Of a stretch of DNA of 58,490 nucleotides, positions 29,458-38,697 are shown piece by piece (position 1 is the first letter of the stretch; every line of letters begins with the position of its first letter). The stretch is from an uncultured Methanosarcinales archaeon (GTDB taxonomy: Archaea; Nanobdellota; Nanobdellia; Woesearchaeales; CAYSVS01). Both the position numbers and the translations under genes were made by a program. The DNA is taken from positions 62,001 through 120,490 of the forward strand of contig CAZPRK010000003.1 in assembly GCA_964589485.1 (NCBI GenBank), in the 5' to 3' direction. Below the pieces are notes generated by a model. That model ran no database searches and was not told the origin of the DNA. It was given only the letters and a program-made list of their open reading frames with translations.

Positions 29458-29498
29458 TTCCGTCATAGCTCCGACGGAAAAATCGAAAAGTTTAAATA
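29458..29498 (+). promoter_or_regulatory. Inverted repeat TTCCGTC-N8-GACGGAA upstream of BRE/TATA
   Basis: Arms at 29458-29464 and 29473-29479; GAAAAG-TTTAAATA follows; SD GAGGGA precedes ATG 29545. Confidence 0.55.
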
Positions 29499-29544
29499 TA
29501 TCAGAATATCAATATCGTCTAAAAACTTAAAAGAGGGATAATAC

Positions 29545-29955
29545 ATGGCAAAAAAAGTTGCAAAAGTTGGTGTTAAAAAAGACAAAACATGTCTATACTT
29601 CGTTGATAAAGACGGAGACATTTCTTGCGCTAAGATGGCAAGAGGTGGAAAGAAAGGTGGTAAACCTAAAAAAGTAGCAAAAGTTGGAGTTAAAAAAGAA
29701 AGCGGTTTCTTATATTTCGTCGATAAGGACGGAGACATTTCTTGTGCTAAAATGGCAAGAGGCGGTAAAAAAAGAAAAGCTAAAAAGAAAGCAGCAAAGA
29801 AAAAACCTGCTAAAAAGAAAGCTGTAAAAAAACCTGCTAAAAAGAAAGCTGTAAAAAAACCGGCTAAGAAAAAAGCTGCTAAAAAAAAGCCCGCTAAGAA
29901 AGCTGCAAAGAAAAAACCAGCTAAAAAAAAGGCTACTAAAAAGAAGAGAAGATAA
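29545..29955 (+). CDS. Basic chromatin-like protein: duplicated CC1-like domain plus histone H1-like PAKKK tail
   Basis: Two copies of KKVAKVGVKK....LYFVDKDGDISCAKMARGG, then about 60 aa of K/A/P repeats. Confidence 0.75.
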   Translation: MAKKVAKVGVKKDKTCLYFVDKDGDISCAKMARGGKKGGKPKKVAKVGVKKESGFLYFVDKDGDISCAKMARGGKKRKAKKKAAKKKPAKKKAVKKPAKKKAVKKPAKKKAAKKKPAKKAAKKKPAKKKATKKKRR

Positions 29956-29976
29956 AACTTCTTTATTTTTATTTTT

Positions 29977-30861
29977 TTAACTTATTCTTAATTGATTTTC
30001 TGACAATAAAACAAACGCAAATCCTTTTCCAAGATTTATTGAAAATTGATCTAATTTATTTGAAATTATATCAAAAAAAGTTTTTTTATACGAAAATTCA
30101 TAAGCTTCTACCTCTAAATTCAACTTTGTTGATAAAAAGCTTTTAGCAGAATTAACATTTCCAAAATCATCAATTAACCCATATTCTTTTGCTTGAATAC
30201 CTAAAAAAAAAGATCCTTCTAAAGAATTTAGTAAATTTATTGAAACATTTCGGTTTTCAGAGACTTCACTAACAAAATATGCATGCGCAATATCTAGTTG
30301 CTTTAATATAAGTTCTCGCTCTGTATTGGATAACTTCTTGAAAGGATTTCCCATTTCTTTATATTTTGCTGAAGCTAACCTTTGATAAGTTAGATTATAT
30401 TTTTCTAAAAAGCCACTAAATTCAATATAAGAAGATACTGCACCAATACTTCCAGTTATGCTTAATTCATCAGCAAAAATGTAATCTGTTGCACTTGCAA
30501 CTAAATAACCAGCACTTGCACCTACATCTCTAATTACAGCAATACTTGTTTTATTTATCTTTTTAATACGTGAAGCAATTTCTTTCCCAGCTAAAGCAGT
30601 TCCACCCGGAGAATTAATTTCAAAGATTATACTTTTAATATTTGGATTCTTTTCTGCTTTATCTATCCAATCCAATATTAAATCAGAAGATATTGCAGTA
30701 CTTCCTAAATAAGAATCACCTTCTGTTAGAATTACGCCTTTTATCGGAATAATGGCTACATTTCCCGTTACAACATCAGTTGAAAATAATCCTGAAACTA
30801 TTAATGTTAAAAACCACAATCCTGCTAAAAAAAATATTATATAAACTAATTTATTTTTCAT
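29977..30861 (-). CDS. sppA: Signal peptide peptidase SppA (S49)
   Basis: VAIIPIKGVI, INSPGG, GASAGYLVAS, ITGSIG, KYKEMGNPF; N-terminal TM. Confidence 0.93.
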   Translation of the reverse strand: MKNKLVYIIFFLAGLWFLTLIVSGLFSTDVVTGNVAIIPIKGVILTEGDSYLGSTAISSDLILDWIDKAEKNPNIKSIIFEINSPGGTALAGKEIASRIKKINKTSIAVIRDVGASAGYLVASATDYIFADELSITGSIGAVSSYIEFSGFLEKYNLTYQRLASAKYKEMGNPFKKLSNTERELILKQLDIAHAYFVSEVSENRNVSINLLNSLEGSFFLGIQAKEYGLIDDFGNVNSAKSFLSTKLNLEVEAYEFSYKKTFFDIISNKLDQFSINLGKGFAFVLLSENQLRIS

Positions 30862-31343
30862 ACTGCCACCCTTTCTACTAAAGTTATATTAGATATTTGT
30901 TCCATAAATCTCTGTCCCTTAAAAAATAAATATAAAGGATCAACTACCCATAAAATAATAAACGGAAATACTGGAATTAAAGTAAGGTTACTTAACACAA
31001 ACTTCCAAAAACTTAACTTATTTGATTTAATATAAATTTTTAAAATCATTTTTCCAATAGTTTGTTGAAATTTATATTCTAAAACTGAAAAGTATATAAC
31101 TGCAACTAATGATAAATATACCATTATAATTAATATTTTATTAAACAAATCAGGATTATTTCCTAATATAATTGAACTAGAAGATAAAGCCATATTTTGA
31201 GGAATTAAACTTGATAATACTTTCTTCATAGGAAAAAACACAACAAAATCTAAAATCATTAAATCCAAAACAAATGCTAAAAAACGTTTAATTAAACTAC
31301 AATTAGTTTCAACAATTCTAGATTTAGGTAATTTCAAAGACAT
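30858..31343 (-). CDS. RDD family membrane protein
   Basis: KRFLAFVLD, YF..LE...QQTIGK..LKI. Confidence 0.85.
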   Translation of the reverse strand: MSLKLPKSRIVETNCSLIKRFLAFVLDLMILDFVVFFPMKKVLSSLIPQNMALSSSSIILGNNPDLFNKILIIMVYLSLVAVIYFSVLEYKFQQTIGKMILKIYIKSNKLSFWKFVLSNLTLIPVFPFIILWVVDPLYLFFKGQRFMEQISNITLVERVAV

Positions 31344-31374
31344 AAAAAATATATTTAATAGAGAATTTAAAAAC

Positions 31375-31755
31375 TTATCGTAAAATTACACAAATTCCAA
31401 TAATAGCAAGAAGAACTACTACTAAACAAATAGTTCTTAACTTTGAAGGTTTTAATTTTAATATTGAATTGAATAAATTATCCATAGTTCCTGGAATTAA
31501 AAATAACAAAGATACAAAAAGTAATATTGCACTATAACCTGCAACTAACCATTGAGCTAAACTTATGCCTGATATATAAGAAACATATAATAAAACTAAA
31601 GAAACTATAAACAAATAATGAAACCAAACTTTCAAATCACGTTTAAGCATATTTTTTGAGAAATTCATTAAAAATCTAGGTGCAAAAAAACCAACTAAAT
31701 TTTTACTTAAGGCTAATCCTAAAAGTACTAATGCGAAAATCTCAACTATTGTCAT
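31375..31755 (-). CDS. Small four-TM membrane protein
   Basis: Four hydrophobic segments. Confidence 0.7.
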   Translation of the reverse strand: MTIVEIFALVLLGLALSKNLVGFFAPRFLMNFSKNMLKRDLKVWFHYLFIVSLVLLYVSYISGISLAQWLVAGYSAILLFVSLLFLIPGTMDNLFNSILKLKPSKLRTICLVVVLLAIIGICVILR

Positions 31756-31798
31756 ACTGTTAAAAATGTTTTCAAAATATATAAACCTTTTGAATATA

Positions 31799-32320
31799 TT
31801 AAATTAAACTTGCCTTAATTATCTTTACATCCGTTAAAGGTTTATCTTGACTATTTCTATCTACATTAACAATTTTATCAACAACATCCATTCCTTCAAT
31901 TACTTTACCAAAAACAGGATGATTATTATCAAGATGTTTATTGTTTACAACATTAATGAAGAATTGACTTCCTCCAGTATTTGGGCCAGCATTTGCCATA
32001 GATAAAGTTCCACGTTCATTTTTATTATTATTTGTAAATTCATCTTTAATATTATAACCAGGTCCACCTCTTCCAGTTCCTTCAGGATCTCCTCCTTGAA
32101 CCATAAAATTAGGAATCACCCTGTGGAAAATAACACCATCATAAAACCCTTCATTTACTAATTTTTTAAAATTTCCAGAAGTAATAGGCATATCGTCCCT
32201 TAATTCAATTACAATGTCTCCCATTGTAGTTTCAAACTTAACATTTTCTAATTTAACATCCATTGTTTTCCCCCCACATCCTACAAGAATTACTAACAAT
32301 AATACTAATAGTCTTTTCAT
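31799..32320 (-). CDS. ppiA: Cyclophilin-type peptidyl-prolyl isomerase with a lipobox-like leader
   Basis: [55 protein letters not shown]; leader [12 protein letters not shown]. Confidence 0.95.
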   Translation of the reverse strand: MKRLLVLLLVILVGCGGKTMDVKLENVKFETTMGDIVIELRDDMPITSGNFKKLVNEGFYDGVIFHRVIPNFMVQGGDPEGTGRGGPGYNIKDEFTNNNKNERGTLSMANAGPNTGGSQFFINVVNNKHLDNNHPVFGKVIEGMDVVDKIVNVDRNSQDKPLTDVKIIKASLI

Positions 32321-32360
32321 TAAAAAAAAAGATTAAATTAATCCTTTAAATAATTTATGA

Positions 32361-34091
32361 TTAATTCTTTCTAAAGTATTTTATAGCTAAAACTAAAAGA
32401 AAAGCTACCAAAAACCATAAACTTAAAAGATATATATCATTTGAAGAACTAGCAAAATCCCCACCATATAAAATGATTTTATTAAATATATTTAATGCTA
32501 ATTTTCCAGGAAAGATTGAAGCTATTTCTGAAGCAACAGGAGTCATTCTTTCTATTGGCAATAAAAAACCCGAAAAGAAAATTAAAAATACTAGAAAAAA
32601 AGTAGTAATTAGTAAAGTTATACTTTCCTTCCTTAATAAATAAGAAATTCCCATACCGATCATTACAAATACTCCAGACAATAAAAAGAAAATTAAAAAA
32701 ACAAAATCAATATTTTCAAATATTTTTAATAAAAAAATAAATTCTCCCAATAACATTATTATTAAGAAAGGAATTATTACTATAGTCATTGATGAAATAA
32801 AAACAGAAAGAAATTCATGAAAGAATACATTCCTAACCAACTGAACACGGGTATTAGCAGAACTATTAATTTCACTTAAACATACAAAACTGGATATTAA
32901 TAAAGATAAAAATAAAGTAATCAATAACATTAAAGTTGGAAAAATTGTTTGTAAGCTTATTAAATTTAAACCAGTAAGGATTTGTTCAGCCTTAGATGCA
33001 CTTGGGTCTAAATATTTTTTAGCAATTTCTTCATCTACTTTTGGAATATATGTAGGATAATTTTTAATTACTATTGGATTTACTACTAGCTCAGGATCTA
33101 AATCTTTAACAAAATTAAAATCCCTCTCAATAGATGCTAAAGTTTGTTCACTCAATAATAATTCAACTTTATAATTTTTTAAATCTTGCTCTATATTTTG
33201 TAATTCTTTAATATTGTTATCTATTTTTTTAACAAACCCTCGCCCTTTCTTGCTAGATTCTTCATATTTATCAATTCTTTTTTGTACATTTCTTAAATCT
33301 TTATCAATCTCGTTATCATAAAATTCAATTTCATTCTTTACCTCTTTAATTAATAAATTTGCGTCATCCTTAATTCCAGATGCAGGAAAAAGGTCAACAG
33401 TATTATCCAGATCATTAACTTGTTTCAAAGATGTTTCTTTATATTCATCTTTAGAACTTTTTGCTTCTCCTCTTGCTTTTTTTGCATCCCTAATATCCCT
33501 ATCCATATCATCTAATGAAGTACTTAAATCTTGTTTAGCAGTTTTAAGTTCATTTTGATTATTGATAATTTCTGAAGTATAAATATCAATCTTATTATTT
33601 GTAGAATGTAATTTTTGTTTAAAGTCAGTTAATTTGTCAAGAGTTCTTTTCATTTTAACTATAACATCTTCAGCTATTTCTTTTGACCTTTCCTTTTGCA
33701 TATATTCAACAGCTTTTTCAATCCTGGCTATTACTTCCCAAATAACTGGTTCTTTAGTGTTATCAAAATATACATTAAGTAAATAATTTCCAGAATCAAT
33801 AACCTCTATACAAACATATTGTTCATATCGTTTCAAACTAGAAACACAACCATCAACGTCATTAAATTCAGTCATGTAAGCAAAATGAGATACAACTACA
33901 TCAAATTCCTTAATATTAAATTCATTATCAGTTACAACTCCAACTGAGATTTTTTTTAAACCTAGAGGGTTAAAACTTGAAAAAATTAACCCAACTAAAA
34001 ATAATGGAACTAAAATTAGTAATACCATAGCTTTCCAGTTTCTCATGAAACTTTTCAAGCTTGCTTTCATTAATGGGACTGTTTTTATCAT
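32361..34091 (-). CDS. ABC-2 type permease with a long extracellular coiled coil (YhgE/Pip-like architecture)
   Basis: N-terminal TM (LLILVPLFL), about 250-aa coiled coil, five or six C-terminal TMs with FFSGFLLPIERM. Confidence 0.85.
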   Translation of the reverse strand: MIKTVPLMKASLKSFMRNWKAMVLLILVPLFLVGLIFSSFNPLGLKKISVGVVTDNEFNIKEFDVVVSHFAYMTEFNDVDGCVSSLKRYEQYVCIEVIDSGNYLLNVYFDNTKEPVIWEVIARIEKAVEYMQKERSKEIAEDVIVKMKRTLDKLTDFKQKLHSTNNKIDIYTSEIINNQNELKTAKQDLSTSLDDMDRDIRDAKKARGEAKSSKDEYKETSLKQVNDLDNTVDLFPASGIKDDANLLIKEVKNEIEFYDNEIDKDLRNVQKRIDKYEESSKKGRGFVKKIDNNIKELQNIEQDLKNYKVELLLSEQTLASIERDFNFVKDLDPELVVNPIVIKNYPTYIPKVDEEIAKKYLDPSASKAEQILTGLNLISLQTIFPTLMLLITLFLSLLISSFVCLSEINSSANTRVQLVRNVFFHEFLSVFISSMTIVIIPFLIIMLLGEFIFLLKIFENIDFVFLIFFLLSGVFVMIGMGISYLLRKESITLLITTFFLVFLIFFSGFLLPIERMTPVASEIASIFPGKLALNIFNKIILYGGDFASSSNDIYLLSLWFLVAFLLVLAIKYFRKN

Positions 34092-36169
34092 CTTCTTGAA
34101 AATAATTGGCTTAAAAAACTCTCAAGTGAAGTTTCTCCTCGAGATTTAAGAGTATTTAATAATTCTTTTGTATCATAATAAATTCCTTTTTCAACTAACC
34201 CTATTTGTGTACACCTTTTTTGAATATCTGCCAACAAATGACTTGAAATAATAATTATTTTACCTTCCTTAGAAAATTCTACTAATAACTCCCAAATAAA
34301 TTTTTGTAAACTAATATCTAACCCGTTAAATGGTTCATCTAAAACTATTATCTTAGGATCATGAATTAACGTTACTGCTAAATCTGCTCTTTTCTGCATA
34401 CCACCTGACAATTCATTTATTTTTTTATGTCTACTATATCGTAAATCTAGCCTATTTAATAAATAATTCATTCGTTCTTTAATTTGTTTAGAACTTAAAC
34501 CATATAATTTACCAAAAGTAATAACATTTTCTTCCAATGTTAAATATGGGAAGAGTGAATTATCTTGAGGAGAGCGGTCTATTGGTTTTAAAAATTCAGG
34601 CTTCAAAGAGCCTTGAAAAGTCAAAAAATAAGGTATGCCTTCATCAGGATTTCTAAACTTTGTTGAATAGTTATCCCAAGAATTTCGGTATTTTTCATCT
34701 AAATTTAATACTGAACTAATTAAATCGAAACTTATCATAGTATGAGCAATATCTTCATATTCAGCTTTAGAGTTAGCATTTTTCATTTCTTTTCTTAAAA
34801 TTTCAATACCAAAAGAAGAACCATATATGTGAACAAATTCTTCATCTCCAAGAACTTTCTTTTTCTTTTTTAAAAAATTAAAAATTTCTTTAACTCTATT
34901 TTGAGATACATTTACAATCTTGGGACTCCATGAGGTTTCCAATTTTTGCCCAATTAAAGATTCTAAACTTTTTTCTGTTAGCACTAGACGAAATAAAGTA
35001 CCTTTAGATATATTCAAAGTATATATTAATTCACTAATTCTCCAACCTTCTGAGTATTTTTCTAAAAAATTAGGATCAGTATAAAACTTAATAAGAACTC
35101 TTCTTGCATCTTTTTTAAACTGACTATCAGAAGTTGCCATTTCAATGTCATCATTTACAAAATCAGAAATTTCTTCTTTATGACTAAGCATGGAATTTAA
35201 TAAAGTTGTACTTACATTAACTCCAGTTCTTTTTTTAACTTGGCTAGCTACTAAATGTATGTCTCCATCTTCTTTAGAATACTTTATAAAATATGCAACT
35301 CTTTTAAAACTATCAAGAGGTAAACGCGACTTTATACTTTTCTTAGATAACTTATCCTTTACAATAGCTTCATATTCAAAGCCATGCTCTCTCATCACTT
35401 GATTAACAACAAAATAGGGCACAAATTCCTCAGTTGACTTTTCTATAGTTTTATTAATTAATTCATCTAATGATACTGAAGTCTCTTCAGCCACAATCTT
35501 CCTAACATCTGTGTTAATATCAAACTCAGTAAACATATCTTCAAAACTTCCAATTACTTTATGTTGATCAAAAAAACCATTTTTATCCAAAAAAGGTGTT
35601 ACATCTAAATCCATCAAATCAACATCTTTTCCAGAATAATCTAGCATAAAAGCAGCATATTCCATGAAATTTTTAATAATTTGAGTACATTCATCATTCT
35701 TCTGATTAAATATAAAACCATATTTCCAAACTGCTTCTAGAGCTGCTAATCCTGTAAACATCATATATTGCTCTTTATTTTCATGGAGAACGTCATATTT
35801 TGAAACTATATTTTCTGCCCATCTTAAGACTTGAAAAACATTATATTTGATTCCATATCTCTTATATGATCTAATTAATCTTGATTTTATTTTTGAATAT
35901 TTTGAATCATGCAAAAAAGGTTCAAGTTTTTCTTCTACTGGTACACTAAAAGTTACTGATTCATCTTGTACATCTTCTACATTAATTTTACTTTCAAGCC
36001 AAGAAAGAGAAGTTTCTGGAATACTCCAAGTCATTCCTTCTTGTGTAGCTTTTATTTCATTACTATTAACACCTTCCTTCACTAATTTTATAAGTTCAGA
36101 TAAACTAGTTCCATGTTTTGTTATATCTAACTGTTCTGCAACTTCTTTTAGGTTGTAAACTTTATTCAT
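34088..36169 (-). CDS. Chimeric ORF: HTH-containing unknown protein (about 530 aa) fused to the C-terminal half of an ABC ATPase
   Basis: N-terminal excisionase-like HTH (YNLKEVAEQL...IKATQEGMTWSIP). From SPQDNSLFPYLT onward: signature LSGGMQKR, Walker B IVLDEP, H-loop SSH. No Walker A anywhere. Confidence 0.75.
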   Translation of the reverse strand: MNKVYNLKEVAEQLDITKHGTSLSELIKLVKEGVNSNEIKATQEGMTWSIPETSLSWLESKINVEDVQDESVTFSVPVEEKLEPFLHDSKYSKIKSRLIRSYKRYGIKYNVFQVLRWAENIVSKYDVLHENKEQYMMFTGLAALEAVWKYGFIFNQKNDECTQIIKNFMEYAAFMLDYSGKDVDLMDLDVTPFLDKNGFFDQHKVIGSFEDMFTEFDINTDVRKIVAEETSVSLDELINKTIEKSTEEFVPYFVVNQVMREHGFEYEAIVKDKLSKKSIKSRLPLDSFKRVAYFIKYSKEDGDIHLVASQVKKRTGVNVSTTLLNSMLSHKEEISDFVNDDIEMATSDSQFKKDARRVLIKFYTDPNFLEKYSEGWRISELIYTLNISKGTLFRLVLTEKSLESLIGQKLETSWSPKIVNVSQNRVKEIFNFLKKKKKVLGDEEFVHIYGSSFGIEILRKEMKNANSKAEYEDIAHTMISFDLISSVLNLDEKYRNSWDNYSTKFRNPDEGIPYFLTFQGSLKPEFLKPIDRSPQDNSLFPYLTLEENVITFGKLYGLSSKQIKERMNYLLNRLDLRYSRHKKINELSGGMQKRADLAVTLIHDPKIIVLDEPFNGLDISLQKFIWELLVEFSKEGKIIIISSHLLADIQKRCTQIGLVEKGIYYDTKELLNTLKSRGETSLESFLSQLFSRR

Positions 36170-38634
36170 TTTATAAGGTCTTGATTATTTTTAAGGCTAT
36201 ACTTACCTTTTCCACGATATTCTAATACACCTTTAGCTACTAAATTAGTAAGATTATCTCTGATTTCATCCTGAGAATGATGTTTTTTAAATTGATGAGA
36301 AAGTTGCTTTAATGAAACTAAAGATGATTGTTGTGAAATGTATGTAATTACTTCTCCTTCAATTTTATTCTGAGTTTGTTTTAAAATATCTGTTGAGATA
36401 GTGTCTATAGATTCATCTTCCTGAGCTTCTTGTTGATATAAGTTTGTTCCTTTATGAGGAGATGCTTCACCTTCTTTTAGAATAAATTCTTCACCAACTC
36501 TATAAGTTCCTTTTTTTGGAACGCTTAATATACCCTCTTGTACTAACTGAGTAAATATACGTTTAACTTTATTATTACCTAGGCTTGTATTACCTTTAAC
36601 TGTCCTAAAAACCTTAGCAAGCTCATCATATCCACTCTGGAAATTAGTTTGAGAACCTAAATAACTGATTACTTGTTCAACTCCTGGGTTAGCTACAAAA
36701 TCATAAATACTTGAATCAATTATATGTTTCTGATTTGACTTATCTAAACCTTCCTCTTCGTTAACTTCACTTTTTTTTGAAAATGATTTAATGAGGGATA
36801 TGAAACCTTGTTTTTCTTCAGATTTAATTTCATCACTTTGATTTGGTTTAACTGTATTATCACCTTGACTAACTTGAACCTTAGAGGTTAAATCTTGGCT
36901 TTCAGGTTTAACTTCTTCTAAACTCCTTGCATCATCACCATTTCCAATTATATATTTAGAAACAATTCTATAATTACCATTACTTGTTCTTTCCACAAAA
37001 TCTTCTGCGATAAAGTCAACAGATAACATATTAATTTCTATCTCAGAAAGCTTAGGTTCAGCTACTTTTACATATTCAATTGCATCTTTAAGATTTCCAG
37101 AAAAATCTTTCTTGCTACTAAAATATTCAATAAATGTTTTAAAGCAAGGGGAATTTATTTCAGAATATATTGATGGGTCTAATTGAGATTTAGATTCATT
37201 TGTTGTGTCTGTTAAATAATGCTCAGGAATGGAATAAACCCCCCTACATAACCTTTGTATTAAAGCTTTATTGGCAAGGTTAGAAAATGCCACTTTAATT
37301 GAACTTAAAGACATATTTGGTAAGGTTTTTTGTAAATGAGCCGTTATATCTTCATGAGTTGCTGTAAATTCTGGTTGAGATTCTAAATAATGAAGAAATT
37401 CAAGCTTTAAGGGACTTCTAATACCCCTAAATATACTTTGATTTACTGTTCTTGATTCTAAATTATTTTCTTCTACTTCTTGTGTTATCTCTTCCTCAGA
37501 AATTAATAACTCATCTTTTACTATATACTTTTCAGATATCCTATAATTACCATTTCCTATCCTGTCTATTATACCTTTTCTTTGCAAAAAGAAAGGCATT
37601 GCTTTAACGGAACTCTCATGAAGAGAAGGATCAGCTTCCAGGGCACTTGCACGTAATTTTCTTACATTTCCAATAAACCCTTCTTGATTGGAAAGATACT
37701 CAATAATACCCTTAAACCCTTTGCTTCTCATACCATCATATATGGATTCTGAAATAGAAAAATTAGTGTTTTCTGTAGCTTCAACAATAAATCCATCAGA
37801 AATTCTATGTACGCCTTTTCCAACAGATGTAATAAAACCTCTTTCTAAAGTACGATATATATATTGATTCAAAGTTTTTATTGTGTAATTTGGAAACCTT
37901 TCTTTAATAGATTTAACTACTTCTTTATTTGTTGCTGTAAAATCAGTACTACTAGAATAAAACCTTAATATCTCATTAATTAAATTCTCATTGGTTTTAA
38001 AAAATAATTCTCTAGATACTTCTAACTCTTTCTTACTTTCTAAACTAGGCTTTAAATCGGTTTCTAAATGCCCAACACTTTCTTTTTTTTGAAATTCAAA
38101 AGCATCAATGAAATCGTAATCAAAAGATAAATTAAAACCTGTATTATTTTTTAAAGATTCGAAACCTTGCCTTAACCATTCTATTAGATCTGTATTTTTT
38201 TGATTTTTAAATCTAAAGGCTACATGATCTGCATCTACTTCTTCAGCATCTAAATAATTACTTAGAACTAAGGCTGTAGCGTATAAAGTTTCAGATAATG
38301 ATTTCTTTTTTTGAATAGAATCTCTCTTAACAGGAACATGTAACACTGTGTTATTATCTGAAAGTATTAGCGGGATATTTACTTGCCTCTGAACTTCTTC
38401 TTGTAGCTTAAGTGTACCTTTTTGAACTACATTATTATATGCTTCTTTGATTTGATCTTCAAGGTTTGAAAAAACTAAATCATGTGAAGTAACTAAGTCT
38501 AAGGTTTGACTAGCTTGATCAACTTGTGAAATTACTTCAAATACTTCTTGAAATTTATCCTCTAAACTAACTGAACTACTCCCCACACTTTTCATATTAT
38601 CTGAAGCATGATGGTACACTTTAAACGTAATCAT
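36166..38634 (-). CDS. 822-aa protein with six tandem winged-helix-like repeats
   Basis: Six units, each ending L..+G.+.+..+G.Y.+ (GVHRIS, GNYRIS, GVYSIP, GNYRIV, GTYRVG, GKYSL); most begin with SI(Y/F)...+.Y+.SQ..F. Confidence 0.8.
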   Translation of the reverse strand: MITFKVYHHASDNMKSVGSSSVSLEDKFQEVFEVISQVDQASQTLDLVTSHDLVFSNLEDQIKEAYNNVVQKGTLKLQEEVQRQVNIPLILSDNNTVLHVPVKRDSIQKKKSLSETLYATALVLSNYLDAEEVDADHVAFRFKNQKNTDLIEWLRQGFESLKNNTGFNLSFDYDFIDAFEFQKKESVGHLETDLKPSLESKKELEVSRELFFKTNENLINEILRFYSSSTDFTATNKEVVKSIKERFPNYTIKTLNQYIYRTLERGFITSVGKGVHRISDGFIVEATENTNFSISESIYDGMRSKGFKGIIEYLSNQEGFIGNVRKLRASALEADPSLHESSVKAMPFFLQRKGIIDRIGNGNYRISEKYIVKDELLISEEEITQEVEENNLESRTVNQSIFRGIRSPLKLEFLHYLESQPEFTATHEDITAHLQKTLPNMSLSSIKVAFSNLANKALIQRLCRGVYSIPEHYLTDTTNESKSQLDPSIYSEINSPCFKTFIEYFSSKKDFSGNLKDAIEYVKVAEPKLSEIEINMLSVDFIAEDFVERTSNGNYRIVSKYIIGNGDDARSLEEVKPESQDLTSKVQVSQGDNTVKPNQSDEIKSEEKQGFISLIKSFSKKSEVNEEEGLDKSNQKHIIDSSIYDFVANPGVEQVISYLGSQTNFQSGYDELAKVFRTVKGNTSLGNNKVKRIFTQLVQEGILSVPKKGTYRVGEEFILKEGEASPHKGTNLYQQEAQEDESIDTISTDILKQTQNKIEGEVITYISQQSSLVSLKQLSHQFKKHHSQDEIRDNLTNLVAKGVLEYRGKGKYSLKNNQDLIK

Positions 38635-38641
38635 ATTAGTC

Positions 38642-38671
38642 TGATATCACTGATAGGGATGAAGTATTAAA
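38642..38671 (-). promoter_or_regulatory. Palindromic operator TATCA-C-TGATA between the TATA box and the start of the winged-helix gene
   Basis: TATCACTGATA at 38645-38655 overlapping TGATATCA (38642-38649); TTTAATA on the minus strand at 38665-38671. Confidence 0.5.
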
Positions 38672-38697
38672 CGATAAAAATAATCCAAATTAAAAAA

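Noticed and set aside
29463..29738. 91-aa minus-strand ORF with an internal repeat
   Set aside because: Mirror of the duplicated domain in the plus-strand basic protein.
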